Positions 1 through 8,809 of a DNA stretch of 47,796 nucleotides are shown here, one piece after another (position 1 is the stretch's first letter; the number at the start of each line of letters is the position of its first letter). The notes under the pieces were generated by a model. The model worked only from the letters and a program-made list of their open reading frames with translations, made no database searches and was not told where the DNA came from. The translations under genes were made by a program, and so were the position numbers. The stretch spans positions 1 through 47,796 of the forward strand of contig DASWQB010000284.1 in NCBI GenBank assembly GCA_036398335.1. The letters run 5' to 3'. Source of the DNA: Afipia sp. Its GTDB lineage: Bacteria > Pseudomonadota > Alphaproteobacteria > Rhizobiales > Xanthobacteraceae.

Positions 1-678
1 GAGCGCTTCGCCGCGCTTGCGGGCTGGAAGGTCGAAGTCATTTCAGCCAGCGAAGGCACCATGGGCGGCTACAAGGAAATCATCGCCGAGGTACAGGGCC
101 GTGGAGCCTACGCGAAACTGAAGTTCGAATCCGGCGTGCACCGCGTGCAGCGCGTGCCTGACACGGAAACATCGGGACGCATCCACACCTCCGCCGCAAC
201 CGTCGCCGTGCTGCCCGAAGCCGAAGACGTCGACATCCACATCAAGGACGACGATCTGCGCATCGAGACCATGCGCGCGCAGGGCGCAGGCGGGCAGCAC
301 GTCAACAAAACCGAATCGGCGATCCGCATCACGCACATTCCGACGGGCATCGTGGTGATGATGCAGGACAGCCGATCGCAGCATAAGAACCGCGCCAGCG
401 CGATGAACATCCTGCGCTCACGCATCTATGATGCGGAGCGCCAGCGCATTGACAAGGAGCGCTCGGCCGACCGCAAAGGTCAGGTCGGCTCCGGCGATCG
501 CTCGGAGCGAATCCGCACCTATAATTTTCCGCAAGGCCGCGTCACCGATCATCGCATCAATCTGACACTCTACAAGCTGCCGCAGGTGATCGCGGGCGAA
601 GCGCTCGGCGAGATGGTCGACGCACTGACCACCGAGCATCAGGCCGCGCTGCTCGCGGCCGAAGGCACGGCGGCGTGA
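1..678 (+). CDS. prfA: Peptide chain release factor 1 (5'-truncated by window edge)
   Basis: Frame is open from base 1. Contains [13 protein letters not shown] (GGQ motif), the RF1-type PDT tripeptide in VQRVPDTE, and [19 protein letters not shown]. Directly upstream of prmC. Confidence 0.97.
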   Translation, partial: ERFAALAGWKVEVISASEGTMGGYKEIIAEVQGRGAYAKLKFESGVHRVQRVPDTETSGRIHTSAATVAVLPEAEDVDIHIKDDDLRIETMRAQGAGGQHVNKTESAIRITHIPTGIVVMMQDSRSQHKNRASAMNILRSRIYDAERQRIDKERSADRKGQVGSGDRSERIRTYNFPQGRVTDHRINLTLYKLPQVIAGEALGEMVDALTTEHQAALLAAEGTAA

Positions 679-1577
679 GCGGCGCTCAAGATTTCGAAGG
701 ACGCAGCATCGACGAGGTCCGCCGCAAACTTGCCGCGACATTCGCATCGCACGGTTTAGATTCGCCTGAACTCGATGCACGAATTCTGGTCGGCGAAGCG
801 CTGGGGCTCGATCTCACCGGGCTGATCGCGCAGGGCGAGCGCCACATTACAGTTCATGACGCTTTAATCCTCAGTTCATTCGCTGATCGTCGCATCTCGG
901 GCGAACCGGTGGCGCGTATTCTCGGCCGCAAGGAATTCTGGGGATTGCCGCTTGAGCTGTCACCCGCGACGCTGGTGCCTCGCCCGGATACCGAGACCGT
1001 TGTCGAGGTGGCACTGGAATTTTTGCGCGCAGGAAATAAAACCAACGGCGCGATTCGCATCGCCGATATCGGCACAGGGTCCGGGGCGATCCTGCTCGCG
1101 CTGCTTTCCGAATTGCCGAGCGCAACCGGCACGGGAACAGACATCAGCGTGGAGGCGCTTCAGACCGCCCGGCGCAACGCGCGCAAACTTGCGCTTGATG
1201 GGCGCGCGTCGTTTGTCGAATGCGATTACGCAACGGGGCTCACCGGCGCGTTCGACCTGATTGTGTCCAACCCGCCTTATATTCCGTCACGCGATATTGG
1301 CCGTCTTGCCATTGATGTGCGCGGTCACGATCCCCATCTTGCGTTGGATGGCGGCAAGGATGGACTGGATGCTTACCGCGCCATCGCGCCACAGGCTTTC
1401 GCACTGCTCAAGCCCGGTGGCGAATTGATTTTCGAGGTCGGCTACGGCCAGGACAGCGATGTCCGAACCATCATGGCGGCGGCGGGACTCGCCACGGAGG
1501 ATGCGCCCCGGCCCGATATGGCAGGGGTTAACAGAGTGGTCATCGGCCGAAAAACGCCTGTTAAAACACCATTCTGA
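675..1577 (+). CDS. prmC: Release factor glutamine N5-methyltransferase HemK/PrmC
   Basis: DIGTGSG SAM-binding motif, SNPPY motif and [12 protein letters not shown] overlap with the prfA stop. Confidence 0.96.
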   Translation: MSGAQDFEGRSIDEVRRKLAATFASHGLDSPELDARILVGEALGLDLTGLIAQGERHITVHDALILSSFADRRISGEPVARILGRKEFWGLPLELSPATLVPRPDTETVVEVALEFLRAGNKTNGAIRIADIGTGSGAILLALLSELPSATGTGTDISVEALQTARRNARKLALDGRASFVECDYATGLTGAFDLIVSNPPYIPSRDIGRLAIDVRGHDPHLALDGGKDGLDAYRAIAPQAFALLKPGGELIFEVGYGQDSDVRTIMAAAGLATEDAPRPDMAGVNRVVIGRKTPVKTPF

Positions 1578-1593
1578 CAGGCAAAAAAATCGC

Positions 1594-1622
1594 TTGGATT
1601 ATCGCTCCGGAGCGATTAGGTT
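1594..1622 (+). promoter_or_regulatory. Putative sigma70-type promoter for the DUF4167 gene
   Basis: TTGGAT(1594-1599)-N17-TAGGTT(1617-1622), resembling alphaproteobacterial CTTG..N17..TANNNT promoters. Confidence 0.45.
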
Positions 1623-1629
1623 CCGGCCA

Positions 1630-2026
1630 CACCATCGGTTCAGGGTCGATGATCCCGTCAGAGAGGCGGGTCGATACCAGAGTTCTTGAAATAGAGAACC
1701 GCCGAGCGAGAGGTTCCTAAAAAAGCGGATCATGTCGAGCGCGAGGGCCGAAAGTGCCGCGCTGCTTGGGACCGCAAAGCGGACGAAAGCCTGATTTGCG
1801 CTCGAACATTTAACAATGAAACGAAGCTTGGATCGAGCTCACGCCTGAGCAAGCAAGCTGACTTGATCCAGCCATGGGCATGGCCCAACGGCATTAAAGG
1901 AACGCGTCTTTGCTGAACGCGACGAACGGCAAGTTCGGATTGAAACCAAATGACGCAACCCGCATGCGAGCGCGGCATTGCTTCCTTGCGACCCTCACGA
2001 TTCAGGATCGGTAACAAAGGCACGAC
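1630..2026 (+). ncRNA. Candidate structured 5' leader or ncRNA upstream of the DUF4167 gene
   Basis: About 400 nt with no credible + strand ORF and many stems: 1735-1744/1796-1805, 1829-1837/1862-1870, 1871-1884, 1923-1937, 1772-1782, 1682-1699. Confidence 0.4.
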
Positions 2027-2740
2027 ATGAGAAACGGTCAGAACAACAACAAGCGTATGCGTAGCAACCGCCCAAACAATAATAACAACAACCACAATAA
2101 TAACCGGCGCGGTCAGAACCCGATGACCCGGGTCTTCGAATCCAACGGCCCCGACATCAAGATTCGCGGCACCGCTTCTCATGTGGCGGAAAAATACGTG
2201 CAGCTGGCGCGCGATGCGCGCTCCTCGGGCGATCCGGTCGCAGCGGAAAACTATTATCAGCACGCCGAACATTATTTTCGCCTGATCGCAGCGGCGCAGG
2301 AACAACTCCGCCAGTCGCAGCCGCAGCAATTGCAACAGCCCCGTCCAGACAACGAAGTGACGGACGATTCGGGCGACGATGCCGACAGCTATTCGAATTT
2401 CGGCGCCGAACCCGGCTTTGCTCCGCAGCCTCTATCCCAGGCACAGCCGCAATTCGTGCCGCGTGAACAGCCGCAACCACGCGAATCCTATCGCGACAAC
2501 CGGCCTCAGCCGCAGCCGGCAATACACAATGATGGCGAGACCGTAGATCGCCTGCCGTCATTCATCACTGGCGGCTCGCAGCCACCCGTTAGCGGTTTCG
2601 AACCGAATGGCCAGAGCAACGGACAGGGCGAGCGTTACGCCCATCGCCGCCGCCGCCGTCCGCGCCCCGAAGGCGCGCCGGCGCAGGCGGACAATGGCGC
2701 CGCGCCGCAGGTTGACGACTTCAATTCAGGCAACGAATAA
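2027..2740 (+). CDS. DUF4167 domain-containing protein with low-complexity termini
   Basis: Core FESNGPDIKIRGTASHVAEKYVQLARDA...AENYYQHAEHYFR is typical of DUF4167. Usual position downstream of prfA-prmC in Alphaproteobacteria. Confidence 0.9.
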   Translation: MRNGQNNNKRMRSNRPNNNNNNHNNNRRGQNPMTRVFESNGPDIKIRGTASHVAEKYVQLARDARSSGDPVAAENYYQHAEHYFRLIAAAQEQLRQSQPQQLQQPRPDNEVTDDSGDDADSYSNFGAEPGFAPQPLSQAQPQFVPREQPQPRESYRDNRPQPQPAIHNDGETVDRLPSFITGGSQPPVSGFEPNGQSNGQGERYAHRRRRRPRPEGAPAQADNGAAPQVDDFNSGNE

Positions 2741-2758
2741 ATTTCTTCGCCCTTTTCA

Positions 2759-2798
2759 GAACATTCGCATGCATCCGATGCGTGCGAATGTTCTCTTT
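2759..2798. terminator. Hairpin between convergent genes, likely terminator
   Basis: GAACATTCGCATGCATC / GATGCGTGCGAATGTTC inverted repeat followed by TCTTT. Confidence 0.65.
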
Positions 2799-3532
2799 CA
2801 TCTTGGTGAAGCTGTCGGCACCAGCACGGGCTTCATGGATGGGATGAGGCGTGTGCGCTCACGGTGCGCCGGTATTGCCCGATAGACCTGCTTCGATGCC
2901 TCGACGATGAAAACTCCTGGAAACGGCGACGATAGCGCCGCGCCGATTTTCTCCCACGCCATGGCAGAACGCAGGAACCAGCCGCCATTGATCGGTGGCA
3001 CGAACAACGCCTCGCCCCACGCAATTGGCGTGAACCATGTCTGCCGCAATAACTGGGTGATCTGCGAGCGCGAATAAGGCCGGCCATGACCGAACGGCGT
3101 ATTGTCAGTGCGGGTCCATACGCCGCGGCGGTTTGGAATAACCGCCATCATGCGGCCTGATGGCGCCAGCACGCGCCAGACCTCGCGCAGCAATCCCTCC
3201 GGATCGTCCGACATCTCCAGTGCATGCACCAGCAAGATGCGATCCACTGAAGCATCCGGCAGCGGCAACGAGCATTCATCGACCAATGTCGCCAATGTCG
3301 GGCGTGCGGTCGGCCATTTCAACACACCCTGCGCCGCCGGCATGAAGGCGATGCAGCGCTCGCAGTTCTCTCGAAACAGCCCGAGATAGGGCGTCGGATA
3401 GCCAAGGCCGAGAACCCGCATGCCTTGCGCATGCGGCCAGTGGGTCTCGATGCCGCGATTGATCAACCGCCGCGCCACGATACCGATGCGCTGTGAGTAG
3501 AAATTGCGAAGATCGATCACGTCGATGGTCAT
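2798..3532 (-). CDS. Class I SAM-dependent methyltransferase-like protein (Methyltransf_11, YafS-like)
   Basis: VLGLGYPTPY, LPLPDASVDRILLVHALE and LLREVWRVLAPSG. Divergent from gloB, as is common. Confidence 0.85.
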   Translation of the reverse strand: MTIDVIDLRNFYSQRIGIVARRLINRGIETHWPHAQGMRVLGLGYPTPYLGLFRENCERCIAFMPAAQGVLKWPTARPTLATLVDECSLPLPDASVDRILLVHALEMSDDPEGLLREVWRVLAPSGRMMAVIPNRRGVWTRTDNTPFGHGRPYSRSQITQLLRQTWFTPIAWGEALFVPPINGGWFLRSAMAWEKIGAALSSPFPGVFIVEASKQVYRAIPAHRERTRLIPSMKPVLVPTASPR

Positions 3533-3685
3533 GGCCGCAATCTACCACTTCCCGCAATACGATAAAGACCGCCGATCACTCCGTGCGGCATTGTCACACG
3601 ATTGATTGTTTTGCCCGTTAACGCGGACTTCCAACCACGCTTATGTGCGTGTTATATGCATATTTCTCAAAACCATGGAGACGTC

Positions 3686-4453
3686 ATGCCGGCCGAAATT
3701 CGCGTGTTTCCGTGCCTCGCCGACAATTTCGGCTATCTCATTCACGATCCGGCAACCAAGGCGACCGCCTCAATCGACGCGCCCGAAGCCGCTCCGATAC
3801 TCGCCGCATTGGAGCACGAAGGCTGGACCCTGACCGACATTCTCGTCACTCATCACCACGCGGACCATGTCGGCGGCATCGACGAACTGAAACGCAAATA
3901 CAAATGTCGCGTGGTTGCGCCGCACGACAATGGCGCGCCGATTCCGCTGGTCGATCAGCGCGTGAAGGAAGGCGACATCGTAAAGGTCGGCAACCTCGTC
4001 TCGCGGGTGCTGGAGACACCGGGACACACCCTCGATCACATCAGCTATATGTTCGATAGCGAGCATGCGCTGTTCTGCGCCGACACGCTGTTCTCGATCG
4101 GATGCGGCCGCGTCATCGAAGGCACCTATCCGATGATGTGGAATTCGCTGTTGAAATTGCGTGCTTTGCCGGACGAAACACGGATTTATTGCGGCCACGA
4201 ATACACCGCCGCCAACGTGAAATTCGCGCTCACCATCGAGCCGAACAATCCGGCACTCAAGAAGCGCGCCGATGAGGTCGCAAAATTGCGGGCGGCGAAC
4301 AAGCCGACGATTCCGTCGCTGCTCCGCGAGGAGAAAGAGGCCAATGTATTCCTGCGCGCGGACGTGCCTACGGTCGCCGCTGCGGTCGGTCTTGCCGGCA
4401 AACCCGCGTCGGACGTGTTCGGCGAAATCCGCGAACGCAAGAACAAGTCCTGA
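3686..4453 (+). CDS. gloB: Hydroxyacylglutathione hydrolase (glyoxalase II)
   Basis: THHHADH MBL motif, TPGHT, DTLFSIGCGR and YCGHEYT. Start placed at ATG 3686 after GGAG. Confidence 0.95.
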   Translation: MPAEIRVFPCLADNFGYLIHDPATKATASIDAPEAAPILAALEHEGWTLTDILVTHHHADHVGGIDELKRKYKCRVVAPHDNGAPIPLVDQRVKEGDIVKVGNLVSRVLETPGHTLDHISYMFDSEHALFCADTLFSIGCGRVIEGTYPMMWNSLLKLRALPDETRIYCGHEYTAANVKFALTIEPNNPALKKRADEVAKLRAANKPTIPSLLREEKEANVFLRADVPTVAAAVGLAGKPASDVFGEIRERKNKS

Positions 4454-4883
4454 TGGATGAAAGCTCGCTGAGCGCCGCCGACATCATCGCGCGGCTCGGC
4501 CTGAAGCCGCATCCCGAAGGCGGGCACTACCGCGAGACGTTTCGCGACTCTCATGTTGCTGGAAGCCGCGCGGCATCCACCGCGATTTATTTCCTGCTGG
4601 CGCGTGGCGAGAGATCGCACTGGCACCGCGTCGATGCCGTTGAGGTCTGGCATTATTACGCGGGTGATCCGCTTCTGCTCACCATCGCCGATACAGACGG
4701 ACAGCGAGACATTCATCTCGGCAACGATCTAATGGCAGGGCACACGCCGCAGGCCGTCGTCCCGGCGGGTGCATGCAATCCGCGCTAGGTCTCGGCGCAT
4801 GGACACTGGCCGGCTGCACTGTCGCGCCGGGATTTGAATTCTCCAGCTTCGAGCTGGCGCCTCCCGGATGGAAGCCCGATTAG
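4453..4883 (+). pseudogene. Cupin_5 (DUF985) protein interrupted by a 1-nt frameshift near 4775 (pseudogene or sequence error)
   Basis: N-terminus has LKPHPEGGHYRETFR and SHWHRVDAVEVWHYY. The frame stops at 4788, but the C-terminus QSALGLGAWTLAGCTVAPGFEFSSFELAPPGWKPD* continues in another frame to TAG 4881-4883. Confidence 0.85.
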
Positions 4884-5752
4884 CCTCGTTTAAAGATCGC
4901 ATCCTTCGCCGCGATCAGTCCGCCGCCCGCGATCATCAGCGCGGCAAGACTAAGCGTCGCCGTCGGCCGCGCATATCCCGCAGCGATCAGAAAAAAAGTC
5001 GAGAGCAGCGGCGTTGCATAAGACATGGCTCCAAGCACGCGGATATCGCCGCGCTTCATGCCGATGTCCCAGGCGAAAAATGCTACACCGACCGGTCCAA
5101 TGCCAAGCGCGACGATCGCGGCCCATTGCAGCAGCGTGTCGGGCCATATCGTGGCCTCGAATATGAAATGACAAAGCGTCGCGAGAAATGCCGTCGCCAA
5201 ACAAAATCCGGCAACCGCATCTGTCGGCACGCCTGCGAATTTGCGGGACATCACGGAATAACCCGCCCAGACGAAGGCACCGAGAAATGCTGCAACGAAA
5301 CCTGGAATATATGAGGTCTCGAATACCGCATCACCTCGCCCGATCAGCAGCAATGCGGTTCCGGAAAGGCCGAGCAACGCGCCGGCGACGTGATACACGG
5401 TGAGCCGTTCACCCGGCAGCAACGACGACAGCAGCACAATCAACAGCGGCCAGAGATAATTCAATAGCCCCGCTTCAGCCGGCGGCGCGAAGCGCAGTGC
5501 AAGGAAGTACAGCGCGTGATATCCGAACAAGCCGCCAACGCCCACCAGCCACACCAATGGCGGCTGGCGCAATGCGCGAAATGCGCCCGGCCGCAGCAGC
5601 CACGTGAGCGGGCCGATACACGCGCCTATGGCAAACGTCATCGCCAGCAATTGAAAAACCGGAACGCGGCCTGTGGCCACCGTCAACGCGGCCAGCAACG
5701 ACCACATCAGTATAGCTGCGAGACCGATAAAGGTGGCGACGCGCGGCGTCAT
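4880..5752 (-). CDS. DMT/EamA family transporter (YddG-like)
   Basis: About 10 hydrophobic segments, AEAGLLNYLWPLLIV and WDIGMKRGD. Start is 5752 (MTPRVAT) or 5767. Confidence 0.88.
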   Translation of the reverse strand: MTPRVATFIGLAAILMWSLLAALTVATGRVPVFQLLAMTFAIGACIGPLTWLLRPGAFRALRQPPLVWLVGVGGLFGYHALYFLALRFAPPAEAGLLNYLWPLLIVLLSSLLPGERLTVYHVAGALLGLSGTALLLIGRGDAVFETSYIPGFVAAFLGAFVWAGYSVMSRKFAGVPTDAVAGFCLATAFLATLCHFIFEATIWPDTLLQWAAIVALGIGPVGVAFFAWDIGMKRGDIRVLGAMSYATPLLSTFFLIAAGYARPTATLSLAALMIAGGGLIAAKDAIFKRG

Positions 5753-5760
5753 TCGCGTTT

Positions 5761-5860
5761 CCGTCATGGCCCGTTATCCCGGCCATCTACGTCTTGAGAC
5801 CAGCAACATGCAAGGGAAGACGTGGAACACCGGGCCAAGTGTAAAGCCCGATGATGACGG
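5761..5860. repeat. Degenerate CGTC-type palindromic (REP-like) element
   Basis: CCGTCAT...ATGACGG termini enclosing GGCC..GGCC, TACGTCTT..AAGACGTG and CGGGC..GCCCG stems. Resembles the CGTCATGGCCGGGCTTGTCCCGGCCATCCACG repeats common in this lineage. Confidence 0.65.
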
Positions 5861-5896
5861 CCGGAAATAACGCAGACGTCACAGACTTGTTCGTAA

Positions 5897-6622
5897 TCAG
5901 GTCAAATACTGACCACCATTGATAGTGAGTGTCGAGCCGGTGATGAAGCTCGATGCATCGTCCGCCAGAAACACCACCACGCGCGCGATTTCTTCCGGCT
6001 CGCCAAGCCGTGCCACAGGAATATTCGCAATGACATTCTTCTCCAGAATATCTTTGGGGACCGCCTGCACCATCTCCGTATTGACATAGCCCGGGCAGAT
6101 CGCATTCACGGTGACGCCGCTTTTGCCGTTCTCAAGCGCGAGCGCCTTGGTGAAACCGATATCGCCGGCCTTCGCAGCCGAATAATTCACTTGTCCGAAC
6201 TGGCCCTTCTGCCCGTTGATGGACGAAATGCTGATGATGCGGCCGAACTTGCGCGCTCGCATGCCTTCGATCACCTGCCGCGTCATGTTGAACAGCGAGC
6301 CGAGATTCGTGGAAATCACCGCGTTCCAATGATCGGGCGTCATCTTATGGAACGGAACGTCACGAGTGATACCGGCATTGTTCACGAGCACATCGATCGG
6401 ACCGATCTCCGCTTCGACTTTCTTGACGCCTTCGACACAGGCATCGAACACGCCGACATCCCATTTATAAACGAGAATGCCGGTTTCGGTCTTGAACTTC
6501 GCCGCGGCATCGTCATTGCCATGATAAGTCGCCGCCACTTTATATCCGGAGGCCTTGAGTGCTTTGCTGATCGCAGCGCCAATGCCGCGCGTTCCACCTG
6601 TTACTAATGCCACGCGTGCCAT
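5897..6622 (-). CDS. phbB: Acetoacetyl-CoA reductase
   Basis: MARVALVTGGTRGIG, NNAGITRD, NGQKGQFGQVNYSAAKAG (YxxxK). GGAGG RBS. Follows phbA. Confidence 0.96.
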   Translation of the reverse strand: MARVALVTGGTRGIGAAISKALKASGYKVAATYHGNDDAAAKFKTETGILVYKWDVGVFDACVEGVKKVEAEIGPIDVLVNNAGITRDVPFHKMTPDHWNAVISTNLGSLFNMTRQVIEGMRARKFGRIISISSINGQKGQFGQVNYSAAKAGDIGFTKALALENGKSGVTVNAICPGYVNTEMVQAVPKDILEKNVIANIPVARLGEPEEIARVVVFLADDASSFITGSTLTINGGQYLT

Positions 6623-6681
6623 GCTGATTATTTCCTCCGTTATGCCGCCGATCTTTTTGATACGCCAAGTATTCAAGTCAA

Positions 6682-6695
6682 TTGATATAACGCAA
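6682..6695. promoter_or_regulatory. Putative FixK/Fnr-type box upstream of phbB
   Basis: TTGA-TATAAC-GCAA matches TTG(A/C)-N6-(T/G)CAA and is centred about 66 nt upstream of the phbB start. Confidence 0.55.
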
Positions 6696-6733
6696 GAAAA
6701 AAGCCCGGCAGGAGGCCGGGCTTTTCGTTTTTT
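6695..6733 (-). terminator. Intrinsic terminator between phbA and phbB
   Basis: AAAAGCCCGGC-AGGAG-GCCGGGCTTTT hairpin, followed on the - strand by TTTTTTCTT. T-rich on the + side as well. Confidence 0.8.
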
Positions 6734-6759
6734 GCATTGTGCACTGCGTGCGCGAAATT

Positions 6760-7989
<1,230 letters not shown>

Positions 7990-8078
7990 TTAACTTAAGC
8001 TTTCCCACCAAAACGGCCAGACGCAAGTTTGAACACTTTTGTTCTATCTCGCAGCTGCGTCATACGCCAGCCCGTTAA

Positions 8079-8149
8079 CCGTGCTGCACAAAACGGTAGC
8101 CGAGCCGCGGTGAAAATGCTTACTTTGTGCATCGCATTGATGCACTGCC
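8079..8149. promoter_or_regulatory. Putative PhaR operator sites in the phbA/phaR divergent region
   Basis: TGCATCGCA (8128-8136), with degenerate TGCACTGCC (8141-8149) and GTGCTGCAC (8081-8089). PhaR is known to bind TGC-N3-GCA-like motifs. Confidence 0.5.
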
Positions 8150-8200
8150 CTCGGAATTTTTTGGCGGTTCCACCCCTCCGGTTAGTAAGTGTGAGTGTTC

Positions 8201-8800
8201 ATGGCAAAAACCGACCAACCCATCACGATCAAGAAATACGCCAATCGCCGGCTCTACAACACCGGCACCTCCACCTACGTCACGCTTGAGGACCTCGCGT
8301 CGATGGTGAAGCTCGGCGAGGATTTTCTGGTGTATGACGCCAAGACCGGCGACGACATCACGCGTTCGGTTTTGGCGCAGATCATCTTCGAACAAGAGAA
8401 CAAGGCCGGTCAAAACCTTCTGCCGACCACGTTCCTGCGCCAGTTGATCCGCTTCTACGGCGACAGCATGCAAATGGTGGTACCAAAGTATCTTGAGCAG
8501 TCGATCGATACGCTCACGCGCGAGCAGGAAAAATTCCGCAAGCAGATGACCACCACCTTCAGCGGAACGCCATTCGCGCCGCTGGAAGAACATGTCCGCC
8601 GCAACATGGAAATGTTCGAGCGTACCTTTTCGATGTTCAAGCCATTCGCCGCGCCAGTGCGGAGCGACCTCGCAGCCGCCGGCGAAACCCCGGCTGCCGA
8701 ACCGGCCGAAGCCGACGACATCGACGATCTGAAACGCCAGATGAAAGATATGCAGGAGCGCCTCGACCGGATGGCGAAGCCTGGCGACGAGACCAACTGA
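8201..8800 (+). CDS. phaR: Polyhydroxyalkanoate synthesis repressor PhaR
   Basis: IKKYANRRLYNTGTSTYVTL and DITRSVLAQIIFEQE. Divergent from phbA. Confidence 0.96.
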   Translation: MAKTDQPITIKKYANRRLYNTGTSTYVTLEDLASMVKLGEDFLVYDAKTGDDITRSVLAQIIFEQENKAGQNLLPTTFLRQLIRFYGDSMQMVVPKYLEQSIDTLTREQEKFRKQMTTTFSGTPFAPLEEHVRRNMEMFERTFSMFKPFAAPVRSDLAAAGETPAAEPAEADDIDDLKRQMKDMQERLDRMAKPGDETN

Positions 8801-8809
8801 TCGCTTCTT

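Noticed and set aside
1630-2026. Leader as a known riboswitch, tmRNA, RNase P, SRP or 6S RNA
   Set aside because: I could not find the signature sequences of these families by eye. It is kept only as an unnamed candidate.
4770-4790. Programmed frameshift or stop readthrough in the cupin gene
   Set aside because: No slippery heptamer is present, and a simple 1-nt loss in a Trp codon explains the break.
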